From an uncultured Veillonellaceae bacterium (GTDB lineage: Bacteria > Bacillota > Negativicutes > JARBTT01), in NCBI GenBank assembly GCA_963805085.1, contig CAWDTA010000002.1, forward strand, positions 1 through 64,000: DNA of 64,000 nt, in the 5' to 3' direction. Positions 40,792-51,552 of the stretch are shown here, piece by piece (within the stretch, counting starts at the first letter, position 1; each line of letters opens with the position of its first letter). The notes under the pieces were generated by a model. The model worked only from the letters and a program-made list of their open reading frames with translations. It was not told the DNA's origin and searched no databases. Position numbers and translations under genes: made by a program.

Positions 40792-41364
40792 CTACCGTTT
40801 TTTAAGAATTCGACCCGGCACCCCACAGACTATAACTCCATCAGGAACATCTTGAGTTACAACACAATTCGCCGCAATAATGCTTCCGCCACCCACGTTT
40901 CTACCGTATAGGATTGTTGCCTTTGCACCAATCCATACGTTATCTGAAATGCATGTAAATTTAAGTTCTATTTGCTGATCTTTAATTGGAACATCTACTT
41001 TATCATAGTGGTGTGACGAGGACATAACTGTCACACCATGCGCAATTGATACGTCGTTGCCTATTACAATACTACCAGCAGCATCTATATAACACATGGG
41101 ATGAATGCTGACATTAGTTCCAACAGATAAATTCTGCACACTAAACAAATATACATTTGGATGAATTGAAACATTATCACCACAGCTTTTTGCGATGGTT
41201 TTCAAAAAAATATATCTTATAGCCAATCCTATTTTCCCTTGGGTCATGCGAAAATGCTCGAACAACATAATTCGTAATTTAAGCGGAAGAGTTGAGCATA
41301 TTATTACCAAGATTCTTATTAGAGTTTTGAATCTATTAAATTTATCTCTGCCTCTTTTTTCCAT
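40792..41364 (-). CDS. Hexapeptide-repeat O-acetyltransferase
   Basis: IGNDVSIAHG, NVWIGAKA, GVPGRILK. Confidence 0.88.
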   Translation of the reverse strand: MEKRGRDKFNRFKTLIRILVIICSTLPLKLRIMLFEHFRMTQGKIGLAIRYIFLKTIAKSCGDNVSIHPNVYLFSVQNLSVGTNVSIHPMCYIDAAGSIVIGNDVSIAHGVTVMSSSHHYDKVDVPIKDQQIELKFTCISDNVWIGAKATILYGRNVGGGSIIAANCVVTQDVPDGVIVCGVPGRILKKR

Positions 41365-41372
41365 TTAAACAC

Positions 41373-42347
41373 CTATAAATTCTCCTTATACCACTCTATT
41401 GCCAGTTTAATTCCATCTGTAAAACTATAATCGGGATGATAATCCAGTAAACTTTTTGCCTTCGAAATATCAGCATTACTATGCTTAATATCACCTGCTC
41501 TCTCTGGGTCAAATACTGGCTCAATGTTTTTTTCAAGTGCTCCAGCCAGATTATAATATATATCAATTAAATACTCTCTGCCGCCATAGGCTATATTAAA
41601 TACTTGACCTACCGCTTCATGCGAAGCTTTACAAGCTTTCAAGTTTGCCTCAATAACATTTTCAACATAAGTAAAATCACGACTTTGCTTACCATCCCCA
41701 TGAATTGTTGGAGATTCATTATTTAAAAGCTGTTTAATAAACTTCGGAATAACAGCAGCATAGGCTCCATCAGGATCTTGTCTCCTGCCAAACACATTAA
41801 AATAGCGCAATCCATAAGTATCCAACCCGTATAACCTGGTATAAAGCCTTCCATACTCTTCATTAACGCGTTTGGTTAATGCATAAGGAGATAACAACTC
41901 GCCTTCCTGCCCTTCTGTTTTTGGAAGTATCGGTTGATCACCATATACAGATGAGCTGGACGCATAAATAAATTTTTTAACTCTCTGTCGTCTTGCTGCC
42001 TCTAGCATGTTAAGCATTCCCGTAATATTAATCTGCTCATATAATAATGGCATTTCGATACTTCTTGGTACACTTCCCCAGGCTGCCTGATTCAGAACAT
42101 AATCTACGCCAACGCAAGCTCTTTCACATGTATCAAACTCTCTTATATCTCCTTTAATAAAGGTATAGTTTGGATGATTAATGAATAAATCAACATTTTC
42201 TTTTTTTCCCGTGGAAAGATTATCCAAGCATCTTACCTTATAGCCCATATTAAGAATGGCCTCGCACAAGTTAGAGCCTATAAATCCAGCTCCACCAGTA
42301 ATCAAAAATAATGTATTATCTTCGAATTTTAAATGTTTATATCCCAT
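41373..42347 (-). CDS. UDP-GlcNAc(A) 4-epimerase (WbpP/TviC-like)
   Basis: ITGGAGFIGS, GSVPRSI, SPYALTK, YAAVIP. Confidence 0.9.
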   Translation of the reverse strand: MGYKHLKFEDNTLFLITGGAGFIGSNLCEAILNMGYKVRCLDNLSTGKKENVDLFINHPNYTFIKGDIREFDTCERACVGVDYVLNQAAWGSVPRSIEMPLLYEQINITGMLNMLEAARRQRVKKFIYASSSSVYGDQPILPKTEGQEGELLSPYALTKRVNEEYGRLYTRLYGLDTYGLRYFNVFGRRQDPDGAYAAVIPKFIKQLLNNESPTIHGDGKQSRDFTYVENVIEANLKACKASHEAVGQVFNIAYGGREYLIDIYYNLAGALEKNIEPVFDPERAGDIKHSNADISKAKSLLDYHPDYSFTDGIKLAIEWYKENL

Positions 42348-42349
42348 CG

Positions 42350-43669
42350 CTATAATCTCCAGTAGTTGTAGCCTGCACATTCATATTCTTTTCTATTGAG
42401 TACTCCTTTAATGTCAAGCAACACTTTTTTATTGTTTGGAACATTACCAAAAAACTTGTCTATATCTGCCTGTGATAAACTCATAAACTCGTTGTGAGCA
42501 ACAGCCAGAATCACTGCATTTATATCTTTGATGATTGGAATGTCCACAAAATCTATGCCGTATTCGAACTTGGCTCCTGCAGCATCGGCAATAGGGTCAG
42601 CAATGATAGGGAAAATTCCATATTCTTTTAACTCCTGAACAATATCAATAACCCTTGTATTTCGAGTGTCCGGGCAATTCTCTTTAAATGTAAACCCAAG
42701 AATAGCTACTTTTACGTTTTTTACCGAAACATCCGCTTTGATAAGATTTTTCACTAAATTCTCAACAACATACTTGCCCATATCATCATTAATACGACGA
42801 CCAGCGAGGATGATCTGTGAATGATAGCCTAGTTCTTCAGCTTTATATGTCAAGTAATAGGGGTCAACACCGATACAGTGTCCGCCAACAAGGCCCGGTG
42901 AAAAGTTAAGAAAATTCCATTTAGTACCAGCCACTTTTAATACAGCCTTTGTATCAATGCCCATTTTATTAAAAATAATCGATAATTCATTCATAAATGC
43001 TATATTAATATCGCGTTGGCTATTTTCGATTACTTTTGCCGCTTCCGCTACCTTAATACTTTCCGCTCTCTGCACCCCTGCTGCTGCTACAATCTCATAC
43101 ACCTTAGCAACTGCATTCAGTGTCTCTTCATCCATCCCGGAAACAATCTTGGTAATAGTCTCTAATCGATGAACCTTATCGCCTGGATTAATACGTTCTG
43201 GAGAATAGCCAACTTTAAAGTCTGTACCACATTTCAAACAAGATTCTTGCTCTAAAATAGGAATACAGATCTCCTCTGTTACACCTGGATAAACTGTTGA
43301 TTCGTACACTACGATAGAACCTTTAGTCAAATTTCTGCCAAGAATACGACTTGCGCCTTTAATCGGCGTTAAATCAGGTGTGTGATCTGGATTCACTGGT
43401 GTCGGTACTGCTACAATGTGGAACTTTGCTTCTTTTAGTCTAGCTTCATCTGATGTGAAATCTACAGTACAATTCGCTATTGCTTCATCGCCCACTTCTT
43501 TAGTGGGGTCGAATCCTTTTTTATATGTTTCTACTTTTGCTTCATTTATATCGAATCCAATAACATTTACCCTCTTTGCGAAAGATACTGCTATCGGCAT
43601 TCCGACATACCCCAGTCCTATTAAAGATATTTTTTCTTGTTTGTTGATAATTTTTTCATATAATGACAT
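42350..43669 (-). CDS. UDP-N-acetylhexosamine dehydrogenase (WbpO/TviB-like)
   Basis: GLGYVG, ESTVYPG, GYSPERINPGD, GLVGGHCIGVDPYYL. Confidence 0.92.
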   Translation of the reverse strand: MSLYEKIINKQEKISLIGLGYVGMPIAVSFAKRVNVIGFDINEAKVETYKKGFDPTKEVGDEAIANCTVDFTSDEARLKEAKFHIVAVPTPVNPDHTPDLTPIKGASRILGRNLTKGSIVVYESTVYPGVTEEICIPILEQESCLKCGTDFKVGYSPERINPGDKVHRLETITKIVSGMDEETLNAVAKVYEIVAAAGVQRAESIKVAEAAKVIENSQRDINIAFMNELSIIFNKMGIDTKAVLKVAGTKWNFLNFSPGLVGGHCIGVDPYYLTYKAEELGYHSQIILAGRRINDDMGKYVVENLVKNLIKADVSVKNVKVAILGFTFKENCPDTRNTRVIDIVQELKEYGIFPIIADPIADAAGAKFEYGIDFVDIPIIKDINAVILAVAHNEFMSLSQADIDKFFGNVPNNKKVLLDIKGVLNRKEYECAGYNYWRL

Positions 43670-44802
43670 GCAAACATTCCTCCACCATTTATCCTTTCCA
43701 ACTGCTGATACACAAGCTTGTTTATCTCATCCATATAGGTATTGACAACGATCTGACGATCAAAGTCACTTTCCATCTTTTTTCTTCCTGCTATCCCCAT
43801 CGTTTTTTTCTTCTCATAAGGAAGTTCTATAAACCGTTTTATTGTATCTACTAGGCTTTCAACATTCTTAGCTTCAAACCCAAATCCACTAAGACCCTCA
43901 TCAAACGTTTCTCTGCATCCTGTTACTTTGGATGCCAAAACAGGTCGACCAGAAGATGCAGCTTCAAGTAATACGTTCGCTGTTCCCTCATGATAGGAAG
44001 GAAGGATGATAGCATGACTTTTTGTAATAAAGGAATGAACATTACTCTGCCGACCATGATATTTAATAATCCCTTGCGTCTCCAGTTTTAGTAATCGATC
44101 CATATAATAGTCTTCTTCACTATCCCCTATGAAGTCAAATTGGGTATTGGGATATTTAGATTTTATTTGTATAGCCGCATCTAATAACTCACCCACGCCC
44201 TTATCTTTCATCATGCGACCAATGAATAAAAATTTTATTTCATCATCATTATCAAGATATTCCTCAAAACAATGCTGCTCAAGATTAACCCCTGATCCAG
44301 GAATAAGGCGAGTATTATCAGCCACTATATTTTTATCTTTAAAGAACTTCAGGTTGGGTTCATTTTGAAAAAATACACAAAATGCTTTTTGCAATCCCAC
44401 CGCATAAAGTCGTAATGCTACGAACTGCATGATCCCCTTATTTTCAATTGAAGTGCCTAAGCCAGTTACATTAGCCATATATGGTATCTGCAGCATCTTG
44501 CAAGCAATACCGCCATAAATATTTGGCTTAATTGTATAGGTAAGTACTACATTGGGGTTTATTTTTTTTATGATTTTCGTATAAAAATATATCAGCTTTA
44601 CATCAGTGATTGGATTGGTTCCACGTCTATCAATTGACGTATTCATGTATTTACAGCCCATTTTTTTTAGCTGAGGAATATATTCACCATCCGGCAATGA
44701 TATGAATACCTCATTATTCTGCTTGAGCAGTTCTTGCAAAAGCTCTTTTCTGAATTTATATAACCCGACATCATTATTGGCTAATACCAGTATTCTCGCC
44801 AA
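43621..44802 (-). CDS. Glycosyltransferase family 4 (PglA-like)
   Basis: LYKFRKEL, YTIKPNIYG, PGSGV, PSYHEG. Confidence 0.9.
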   Translation of the reverse strand: MARILVLANNDVGLYKFRKELLQELLKQNNEVFISLPDGEYIPQLKKMGCKYMNTSIDRRGTNPITDVKLIYFYTKIIKKINPNVVLTYTIKPNIYGGIACKMLQIPYMANVTGLGTSIENKGIMQFVALRLYAVGLQKAFCVFFQNEPNLKFFKDKNIVADNTRLIPGSGVNLEQHCFEEYLDNDDEIKFLFIGRMMKDKGVGELLDAAIQIKSKYPNTQFDFIGDSEEDYYMDRLLKLETQGIIKYHGRQSNVHSFITKSHAIILPSYHEGTANVLLEAASSGRPVLASKVTGCRETFDEGLSGFGFEAKNVESLVDTIKRFIELPYEKKKTMGIAGRKKMESDFDRQIVVNTYMDEINKLVYQQLERINGGGMFACHYMKKLSTNKKKYL

Positions 44803-45421
44803 TTGTATTGACCCTCCTTACCGGAACACCAACATAAGTCGCAGCCTCCATGATATTCCTAATCACTACAGCACCGGCACCTATAATAGTCCCCTCTGTT
44901 ATTTCAACATTATTTTTCACTATAGCCCCAACACCAATCCAAGTACCTTTGCCAATAGTTACAGTACCGGCAATGTGTGCGCCTGGAGAAATATGGACAT
45001 AATCTGCAATCGTGCCATCATGATCAACAGTAGCGGCTGTGTTCACAATGCAACCATCACCTATTCTACTGCCACAGTTAATAACGGCACCAGCCATTAC
45101 AACTGTACCTTCTCCAATTTCAACTTGCATACCAATAGTAGTGTTGGGATGAATCAATATCGGCATCGTAACTCCTGCTGCTTTTAGTACCTTATGTAGT
45201 TTTTCTCTTGTTGCATTGTTTCCGATGGCTATAAAGATGTCATACTCTCCAACAAGGTTTAAAACTTTACTTGATGGACCAATAACCTCAAATCCCAGCG
45301 AGTATCGATGGGCCTCATCATCATCAAGAAATGCTATCTGTTGCCATCTATTCATTCTCACTGCAATGTCTGCGATGACTCTGCCATGACCACCTGCACC
45401 AATGATAAGGAGTTTTTCCAT
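44774..45421 (-). CDS. PglD/NeuD-like N-acetyltransferase
   Basis: IIGAGGHG, IAIGNN, DHD, hexapeptide repeats. Confidence 0.9.
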   Translation of the reverse strand: MEKLLIIGAGGHGRVIADIAVRMNRWQQIAFLDDDEAHRYSLGFEVIGPSSKVLNLVGEYDIFIAIGNNATREKLHKVLKAAGVTMPILIHPNTTIGMQVEIGEGTVVMAGAVINCGSRIGDGCIVNTAATVDHDGTIADYVHISPGAHIAGTVTIGKGTWIGVGAIVKNNVEITEGTIIGAGAVVIRNIMEAATYVGVPVRRVNTIGENTGISQ

Positions 45422-45504
45422 TTTAGCCTCCTTAGTTAAGTTTGCTCTTTTTTAAGGGTTCTAGGTTTATTTTTCACGCTAACACTTTCCTTTAAAAATT
45501 TGCT

Positions 45505-46140
45505 TTAGTCCATAGGAGTCCCCTTAAATGCGTCCATAGTAGCAGTATTCTCTGAACTTATACCTTCTCGTTTAAACACTTTATCTATCGTTTTAAAGAT
45601 GATCTTCCAGTCGCCAAAAAAGGTTATGTTCTGCGTATAGTCAACGTCAAAGTCGAATTTTTCTTCCCAACTTATAGCATTACGCCCACTGACCTGTGCC
45701 AATCCAGACAAACCCGGTCTCACATCATGGCGCCTTTTCTGCCGTTCATTGTAGAGCGATAAGTATTGAACTAATAGGGGCCTAGGTCCAACTATCGCCA
45801 TATCTCCCCTGACTATATTCCATAGTTCAGGAAGTTCATCTAAACTAGTTGCTCTTAAAAACTTTCCAAACTTAGTGAGTCTTATACCGTCAGGCAGTAG
45901 TTCCCCATTAGTGTCTTTCTCATCCGTCATTGTCCTGAACTTATACAGCCTGAAGTTTTTCTCATTCAAGCCAGGTCGATCTTGTTGAAAAATTATCGGG
46001 TTTCCAAATTTTAATCTCACTAAAATTGTAACGATGAGTAATACTGAACTTAAAACTATCAGTGCTATTAGTGACAGCATGAAATCTTGAGGTCTTTTTA
46101 TAAATTTTTCATAAAATCCTTTTTTACGCCCTATTGCCAA
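45505..46140 (-). CDS. Initiating phosphoglycosyl transferase (PglC/EpsL-like)
   Basis: KFRTM, SLDELPEL, GDMAIVGPRP, RPGLSGLAQV. Confidence 0.93.
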   Translation of the reverse strand: MAIGRKKGFYEKFIKRPQDFMLSLIALIVLSSVLLIVTILVRLKFGNPIIFQQDRPGLNEKNFRLYKFRTMTDEKDTNGELLPDGIRLTKFGKFLRATSLDELPELWNIVRGDMAIVGPRPLLVQYLSLYNERQKRRHDVRPGLSGLAQVSGRNAISWEEKFDFDVDYTQNITFFGDWKIIFKTIDKVFKREGISSENTATMDAFKGTPMD

Positions 46141-47363
46141 AGCTTTTTCACGATCTTAACGATCCTCTCCAAGTCATTTTCACTCATATTCGTGTCGCTC
46201 GGCAGACAAACACCACTCTTAAAAATCTGCTCACTGACGCTCTTACATACACTGTTTGGAAGAATCTGCTCACTATCACTCTTACATACGCTGTTTGGAA
46301 TAATCTGCTCATCTTCATACTGACTAATAAAATCGCATTGACTATAATAAGGCTGAAGATGCATTGGTTTCCAGATGGGACGCGATTCAATATTTTCTTC
46401 CTCCAAAGCCCGCATCACATCCAACGGCCCCACAGCCCCATTCAGCGTAATGCAAGAAAGCCAATAATTGGGCTCATTCCAATCATTTACAGGCATCATT
46501 TCAATGTCGTCTACTCCCTCAAACTCCTGCTGATAAAAATCAAAGATTTTTTTCTTTTCTTTGATTCTCTGATCTAAAATCTTTAGTTGCCCTCTGCCAA
46601 TACCTGCTACAATGTTTGACATTCGATAATTGTAACCAAGCTCACTATGTTGATACCAGCGAGCCGTGTCTCTACTCTGTGTAGCCCAGAAGCGTACTTT
46701 AGCAATACGCTCCTCGGACTTTTCCGGATCGCTGGCCACAAGCATACCCCCACCGGATGTTGTGATAATTTTATTGCCATTAAAACTGAATATACCATAT
46801 TTGCCAAAAGTCCCCGTATATTTTCCTTTATATAATGTACCTAACGATTCAGCAGCATCTTCTATCAATGGAACATGATAGCGATTACACAGTGCCAGTA
46901 TCTTATCTAAATCAGCTGATAAACCGTAGAGATGGACGACTAATACAGCCTTGACCTTTCCCTCATATTTTTGAAAGGCTTTCTCAAGTGCTACAGGCGA
47001 CATATTCCACGTTTTCTCGTCGGAATCAATAAAAACAGGTACAGCATTCTGATAGATAATCGGATTGGCCGTAGCTGAAAATGTCATAGAGGGACAAAAC
47101 ACGATATCTCGATTTTTATCAACCGCTTCTTTATCTTCGCCTACACCAACCGCCTTCAGTGCCATATGGATGGCAGCTGTTCCGGAAGACAGCGCAACTG
47201 CACACTTTGCTCCTAACCTTGCTGAAAATTCTTTTTCAAATTCATTTACGTTCTTGCCGAGGGGGGCAATCCAATTGGTATCAAAAGCCTCTCTGACATA
47301 GACCCTTTCATATCCTTCATCACTCATATGTGGTGATGAAAGATAAATTTTAGCTAAACCCAT
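46131..47363 (-). CDS. DegT/DnrJ aminotransferase (PglE/EpsN-like)
   Basis: NWIAPLG, SSGTAAIH, EDAAESLG, SFNGNKIITTSGGG. Confidence 0.93.
   Translation of the reverse strand: MGLAKIYLSSPHMSDEGYERVYVREAFDTNWIAPLGKNVNEFEKEFSARLGAKCAVALSSGTAAIHMALKAVGVGEDKEAVDKNRDIVFCPSMTFSATANPIIYQNAVPVFIDSDEKTWNMSPVALEKAFQKYEGKVKAVLVVHLYGLSADLDKILALCNRYHVPLIEDAAESLGTLYKGKYTGTFGKYGIFSFNGNKIITTSGGGMLVASDPEKSEERIAKVRFWATQSRDTARWYQHSELGYNYRMSNIVAGIGRGQLKILDQRIKEKKKIFDFYQQEFEGVDDIEMMPVNDWNEPNYWLSCITLNGAVGPLDVMRALEEENIESRPIWKPMHLQPYYSQCDFISQYEDEQIIPNSVCKSDSEQILPNSVCKSVSEQIFKSGVCLPSDTNMSENDLERIVKIVKKLWQ
46224..46311. repeat. 39 bp in-frame tandem repeat (~2.3 copies)
   Basis: AATCTGCTCACT..CTCTTACATAC.CTGTTTGGAA repeated; EQIIPNSVCKSDS-EQILPNSVCKSVS-EQI. 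Confidence 0.9.
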
Positions 47364-47417
47364 TTCTATCCTCTCCCCAGTCCAAAATTTTCTATTCTAA
47401 AACAAACCATGTTTTCT

Positions 47418-49343
47418 TTAGCTGACATCGTTTACTGTCTGATACTGCTTCACGGGACTGGACCCTCGTTCGGGTATGACATCCGACTCATGAGCAACTT
47501 TGCGTTTTTGAAGCTGTGCACTTTGAAAGGTTGGAACCAATTTTGCGAGCTCCTGAATGACTTCCACATTGCCCACAGTCTGCTGCAATGACAATAACCT
47601 TTGCCTTAATTTTTTTTCATCGACAGTTTTCAAATTAGCGACAAAAATTTTCTCATGCTTCGTCGAAGCCGTTCCTTCTTTGGCTGTCATCAATTCTTCA
47701 AATAATTTTTCCCCTGGCCTGATTCCTGTAAACTGAATTTGAATATCTTTATGTGGCAAAAGACCTGATAATTCAATAAGGTCACAAGCCATATCAAAAA
47801 TCTTAACGGGTTTCCCCATATCAAGCACAAAGACCTCACCGCCCTTGGCAATAGCTCCGGCCTGCAAGATTAATTGAGATGCTTCCGGAATGGTCATGAA
47901 GTAGCGTTCCATATCGGGATGCGTGATCGTAATGGGACCCCCTTGAGCAATTTGTTTTTTAAATAAGGGGATCACACTGCCACGGCTGCCAAGCACATTA
48001 CCAAAGCGTACCACAACGAATTTTGTAGCACTTTTCTTACTAATATTTTGAATAATGAGTTCAGCCACTCTTTTGGTTGCTCCCATGACACTGGTAGGAT
48101 TGACGGCCTTATCAGTGGAAACCATGACAAATACTTCAGCACCTGCCTGATGAGCGGCCTCAGCCACCGTCTTGGTACCAAAAACATTATTACGCACGGC
48201 TTCAGCAGGTTGGGATTCCATCAACGGCACATGTTTATGAGCTGCCGCATGAAATACAACTTGAGGCTGAAACTGACTAAATACCTCATCCATGCGCTTT
48301 TGATCCCTCACATCGGCAATCACCGGTGTTAACGCCAATAAAGGCTGCCTGTTCTTCAGTTCCTGGTCAATTTCATAAATACTGTTTTCGCCTTTACCTA
48401 GTATTACAAGTGTTTCTGGCGACATTTTTGCCACCTGGCGACAAAGTTCAGAGCCAATGGAACCGCCAGCTCCAGTAACAAGTACTCTTTTGCCTGTCAG
48501 ATAATCGGCAATTTCATCTAAATTCAACTTGACAGGATCTCTTCTGAGCAAATCCTCTAAATTCACCTTGCGCAACTGTTGCAAGCTGAATTTCCCATCA
48601 ATAAGTTCATAAATACCAGGAACAGTCTGTACACTACACTTAGTATTTTGGCACATTTTTACAATTTTACGAACAATATCACCGCTAACAGAAGGCATGG
48701 CAATAATAATCTCATTGACGTCATAGTCCTGCACAACACGTGAAATATCATTTTGTGTACCCAACACCTTGACACCAAATATCATTTGGCTTTTTTTATA
48801 CGAGGAATCATCAATAAATCCAATCAGTTTTTTCGTCTCATAATAACGTCGAATAATTTCCCGAGCGATCATAGCGCCGGCATCACCAGCACCGATAATC
48901 AAAACCCGCTGGATAGGTTTCACAGGCGTCAGGCGCAAGATGTAGTGAAGCATACGGATTCCCAACCGACTACTGCCAATCAACATAATGTTAAAAATCC
49001 AACTCAACACATAGATGCTCCTCGGCGGTATGAACCCCACTATCATGGAATATCCATAGATGAGTACCGAGCCTACCGTCACCGCCCCGATGATCCCCAT
49101 TAACTCATGAATACTGGCATAGCGCCACAACCGATGGTACAAGCGAAATATATATAAACTTCCCAGCCGGATCAGAACAACTGCTGGTAAGTAGTGAAAG
49201 AGCTGAGTATAGTAATCTTCGCTTACCACGCCTTCAAAGCGAAGAAATAATACAAGAAACGGTACTAACGAAACGATCAATATATCGGTAATGATCATTA
49301 CTAAAGACACCAGTTTTCGCCGCAAAATGACCCCTCCCCACAT
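47418..49343 (-). CDS. Membrane-bound UDP-GlcNAc 4,6-dehydratase (CapD/PglF/EpsC)
   Basis: N-terminal TMs, IIGAGDAG, EDLLRR, VTGAGGSIGSEL, HAAAHKHVP. Confidence 0.93.
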   Translation of the reverse strand: MWGGVILRRKLVSLVMIITDILIVSLVPFLVLFLRFEGVVSEDYYTQLFHYLPAVVLIRLGSLYIFRLYHRLWRYASIHELMGIIGAVTVGSVLIYGYSMIVGFIPPRSIYVLSWIFNIMLIGSSRLGIRMLHYILRLTPVKPIQRVLIIGAGDAGAMIAREIIRRYYETKKLIGFIDDSSYKKSQMIFGVKVLGTQNDISRVVQDYDVNEIIIAMPSVSGDIVRKIVKMCQNTKCSVQTVPGIYELIDGKFSLQQLRKVNLEDLLRRDPVKLNLDEIADYLTGKRVLVTGAGGSIGSELCRQVAKMSPETLVILGKGENSIYEIDQELKNRQPLLALTPVIADVRDQKRMDEVFSQFQPQVVFHAAAHKHVPLMESQPAEAVRNNVFGTKTVAEAAHQAGAEVFVMVSTDKAVNPTSVMGATKRVAELIIQNISKKSATKFVVVRFGNVLGSRGSVIPLFKKQIAQGGPITITHPDMERYFMTIPEASQLILQAGAIAKGGEVFVLDMGKPVKIFDMACDLIELSGLLPHKDIQIQFTGIRPGEKLFEELMTAKEGTASTKHEKIFVANLKTVDEKKLRQRLLSLQQTVGNVEVIQELAKLVPTFQSAQLQKRKVAHESDVIPERGSSPVKQYQTVNDVS

Positions 49344-49346
49344 ATC

Positions 49347-50045
49347 CTATGATTTCGCCACTCTATTTTTTTCCATTTCACTGCTATAATAGTAATAATA
49401 AGCAAATTCATTCTCAATCTCGACCCGATTGAGAATAACCCCTAGTATATGCCCATTGGCTTTGGTTAGCAGCTCCTTAGTCTTTTGGGCCATCTCGGGG
49501 GACACTGTGCCAGTATCTAGTACTAACATGATTCCATCCACCTTAGAGGCCAACACGCAGGCATCGGTAACCGCCATTACTGGCGGCACGTCAATGATGA
49601 GATAGTCCGACTGAGCTTGCAAAGTATCCAGCAATTCCTGCATTTTCGCCGCCCCTAAGAGTTCCGAAGGGTTCGGCGGTATCGGACCACTTGTGAACAC
49701 CCTAAGATTTTCGATGTCAGTATCCTGGATGAGATCGGTAGCTACCAAGTCTTCCACCAGAAAGTTCGTAACTCCACGTCTAGTTCTATCAAAAATCTTA
49801 TGCTGTACCGGTTTCCGCAAATCGCAGTCCAAAATAATCACCTTTTTGCCGGATTGAGCCAAAACAGCAGCAGTGTTGGCGGCAGTTGTCGATTTTCCTT
49901 CCCCTGGTCCGGCGCTGGTAAACATGAGCGTTTTTAGCTCGCCGTCCATTTTAGCAAACTGGATATTTGTCCGCAGGATACGATAGGCCTCTGCGATGGG
50001 AGATTTGACATCTTGTTGTACAATGAGTTGACATTGTTGTGGCAT
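49347..50045 (-). CDS. CpsD/CapB bacterial tyrosine kinase
   Basis: AEAYRILRTNI, GEGKST, DCDLRKP, C-terminal YYYYY cluster. Confidence 0.93.
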   Translation of the reverse strand: MPQQCQLIVQQDVKSPIAEAYRILRTNIQFAKMDGELKTLMFTSAGPGEGKSTTAANTAAVLAQSGKKVIILDCDLRKPVQHKIFDRTRRGVTNFLVEDLVATDLIQDTDIENLRVFTSGPIPPNPSELLGAAKMQELLDTLQAQSDYLIIDVPPVMAVTDACVLASKVDGIMLVLDTGTVSPEMAQKTKELLTKANGHILGVILNRVEIENEFAYYYYYSSEMEKNRVAKS

Positions 50046-50047
50046 AC

Positions 50048-51505
50048 TTAGCCTCTCCTTTGCAATTTCACCTGAATGAATTGGACAAATTGGTTCCACC
50101 TGGTTTCCTGCCATTTGTTTCTGTTGTCAAAGTCGGGAATATTACCCAGTATAGGCACCCCCAAATAATGCTGCACATCTTCAGCAGTCTTAATCGTTTT
50201 ATTCATGTTTTCCAATAGGAAGGCCAGTGCCGTACCAACGAGCAAACCTAATATGGCCGCAATCAATATGTTTAAGATTTTTTTGGGCGAAATGGGCTTG
50301 TCCGGGGCAATAGCTACATCGATGACTTGAACCTCAGTTGGTTCCATGACTTCACTAATTCGGGCTTCTTCATAACGTTTGGCAAGCATAATATAGATTT
50401 CCTGATCCACGGATGCATTACGCATAACTTTCATCAGACCTTGTTCCTTCAAAGGCAAGGTACTGAGTTCTTGTTCATTGGCACTGACAATGGATTTGAT
50501 GGCCTGACTCTGAGCCGTCCCAGCGGCAATTTGTGCTTCAGCTTGAATCTTACCTTGCACCAAACCAACATGAACCGGATTCATTGAAGGTGCATCAGCG
50601 TTAATCACGCGGGCAATTTCTGCGTTCAATCTGGTTTTCGTGGCTTCAATGGCAGCGCGTGTAGCCTCGACTTGAGGATATTTATCCGTATACTTAGAAA
50701 TGAGAGTAACCAATAGAACTTCCTGATCAGCCAATTTTTCTTTATACTGCTGAATCAAAGGACTGTCCGCCACAAAACCTGGTTTCTCCAGATTAAGTTC
50801 TTGCTGCGTGACACCTAAAATTGCCTGAGCTGCCGCCAACTCGGCTTGATTTTTTGCCGACAATTTATCGATATCAGACAGCTTAGTAAGCATAACTTTT
50901 GTTTCTTCCGCCGGATCAACAGTTTTTTGCTGCGTCTTATATACCTGAAGAGCTTCTTCTGATTGTTCTAATTCCTGCTTGGATTCCTGCAGCCTCTGGC
51001 CAACAAAAGACCGCACATTGGATTGTTCGGCTCGCACTAAAAAGGTCATACGATCCAAAAAGGTATTAACTAACGTATTGGCTACCCATTCTGCTTCTTC
51101 CGGTGATTTAGCCTTCACTTTAATTTTCAATATTTCTGTGTCTTTTACCGGTTCCGTCGTAATACGTTTTAATAATGATTCATATGTAGGAATTTCTTCC
51201 TTCCCCCCCTGCGTCTGATCAATCACGGACTCTATGATCGTACGACCTTTTAGAATTTCAGCATAGGTATTCATTAATTGTTTTGTATAGGCTGAATTAT
51301 CCAAAGGTAAATCAGAGAGAAGGGAAGTACCAAGTCCTTTGGGCTGTTTCACCCGTAAATTCGTCTCCGCTTCATACATGGGAGGAATCACCCAACTAAT
51401 CACCATAGCCAGGATGACAAAAACCAGAAAGACACTGATAATCAATTTACATCGTTTTCTGATGATTTTAATCATTTCTTTTAACTCAAGAGTTGTTTCA
51501 TTCAC
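50048..51505 (-). CDS. Polysaccharide co-polymerase (GumC/Wzc N-terminal part)
   Basis: Two TMs flanking a long coiled coil; PISPKK..GLLVG. Confidence 0.88.
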   Translation of the reverse strand: MNETTLELKEMIKIIRKRCKLIISVFLVFVILAMVISWVIPPMYEAETNLRVKQPKGLGTSLLSDLPLDNSAYTKQLMNTYAEILKGRTIIESVIDQTQGGKEEIPTYESLLKRITTEPVKDTEILKIKVKAKSPEEAEWVANTLVNTFLDRMTFLVRAEQSNVRSFVGQRLQESKQELEQSEEALQVYKTQQKTVDPAEETKVMLTKLSDIDKLSAKNQAELAAAQAILGVTQQELNLEKPGFVADSPLIQQYKEKLADQEVLLVTLISKYTDKYPQVEATRAAIEATKTRLNAEIARVINADAPSMNPVHVGLVQGKIQAEAQIAAGTAQSQAIKSIVSANEQELSTLPLKEQGLMKVMRNASVDQEIYIMLAKRYEEARISEVMEPTEVQVIDVAIAPDKPISPKKILNILIAAILGLLVGTALAFLLENMNKTIKTAEDVQHYLGVPILGNIPDFDNRNKWQETRWNQFVQFIQVKLQRRG

Positions 51506-51552
51506 ACTGTTTCCTCCGTGTACTAAAATCAGTAAGGTACTGCAAAACTTGA

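Noticed and set aside
46224-46311. CRISPR-like array
   Set aside because: Tandem in-frame coding repeat with no spacers; no cas genes in the window.
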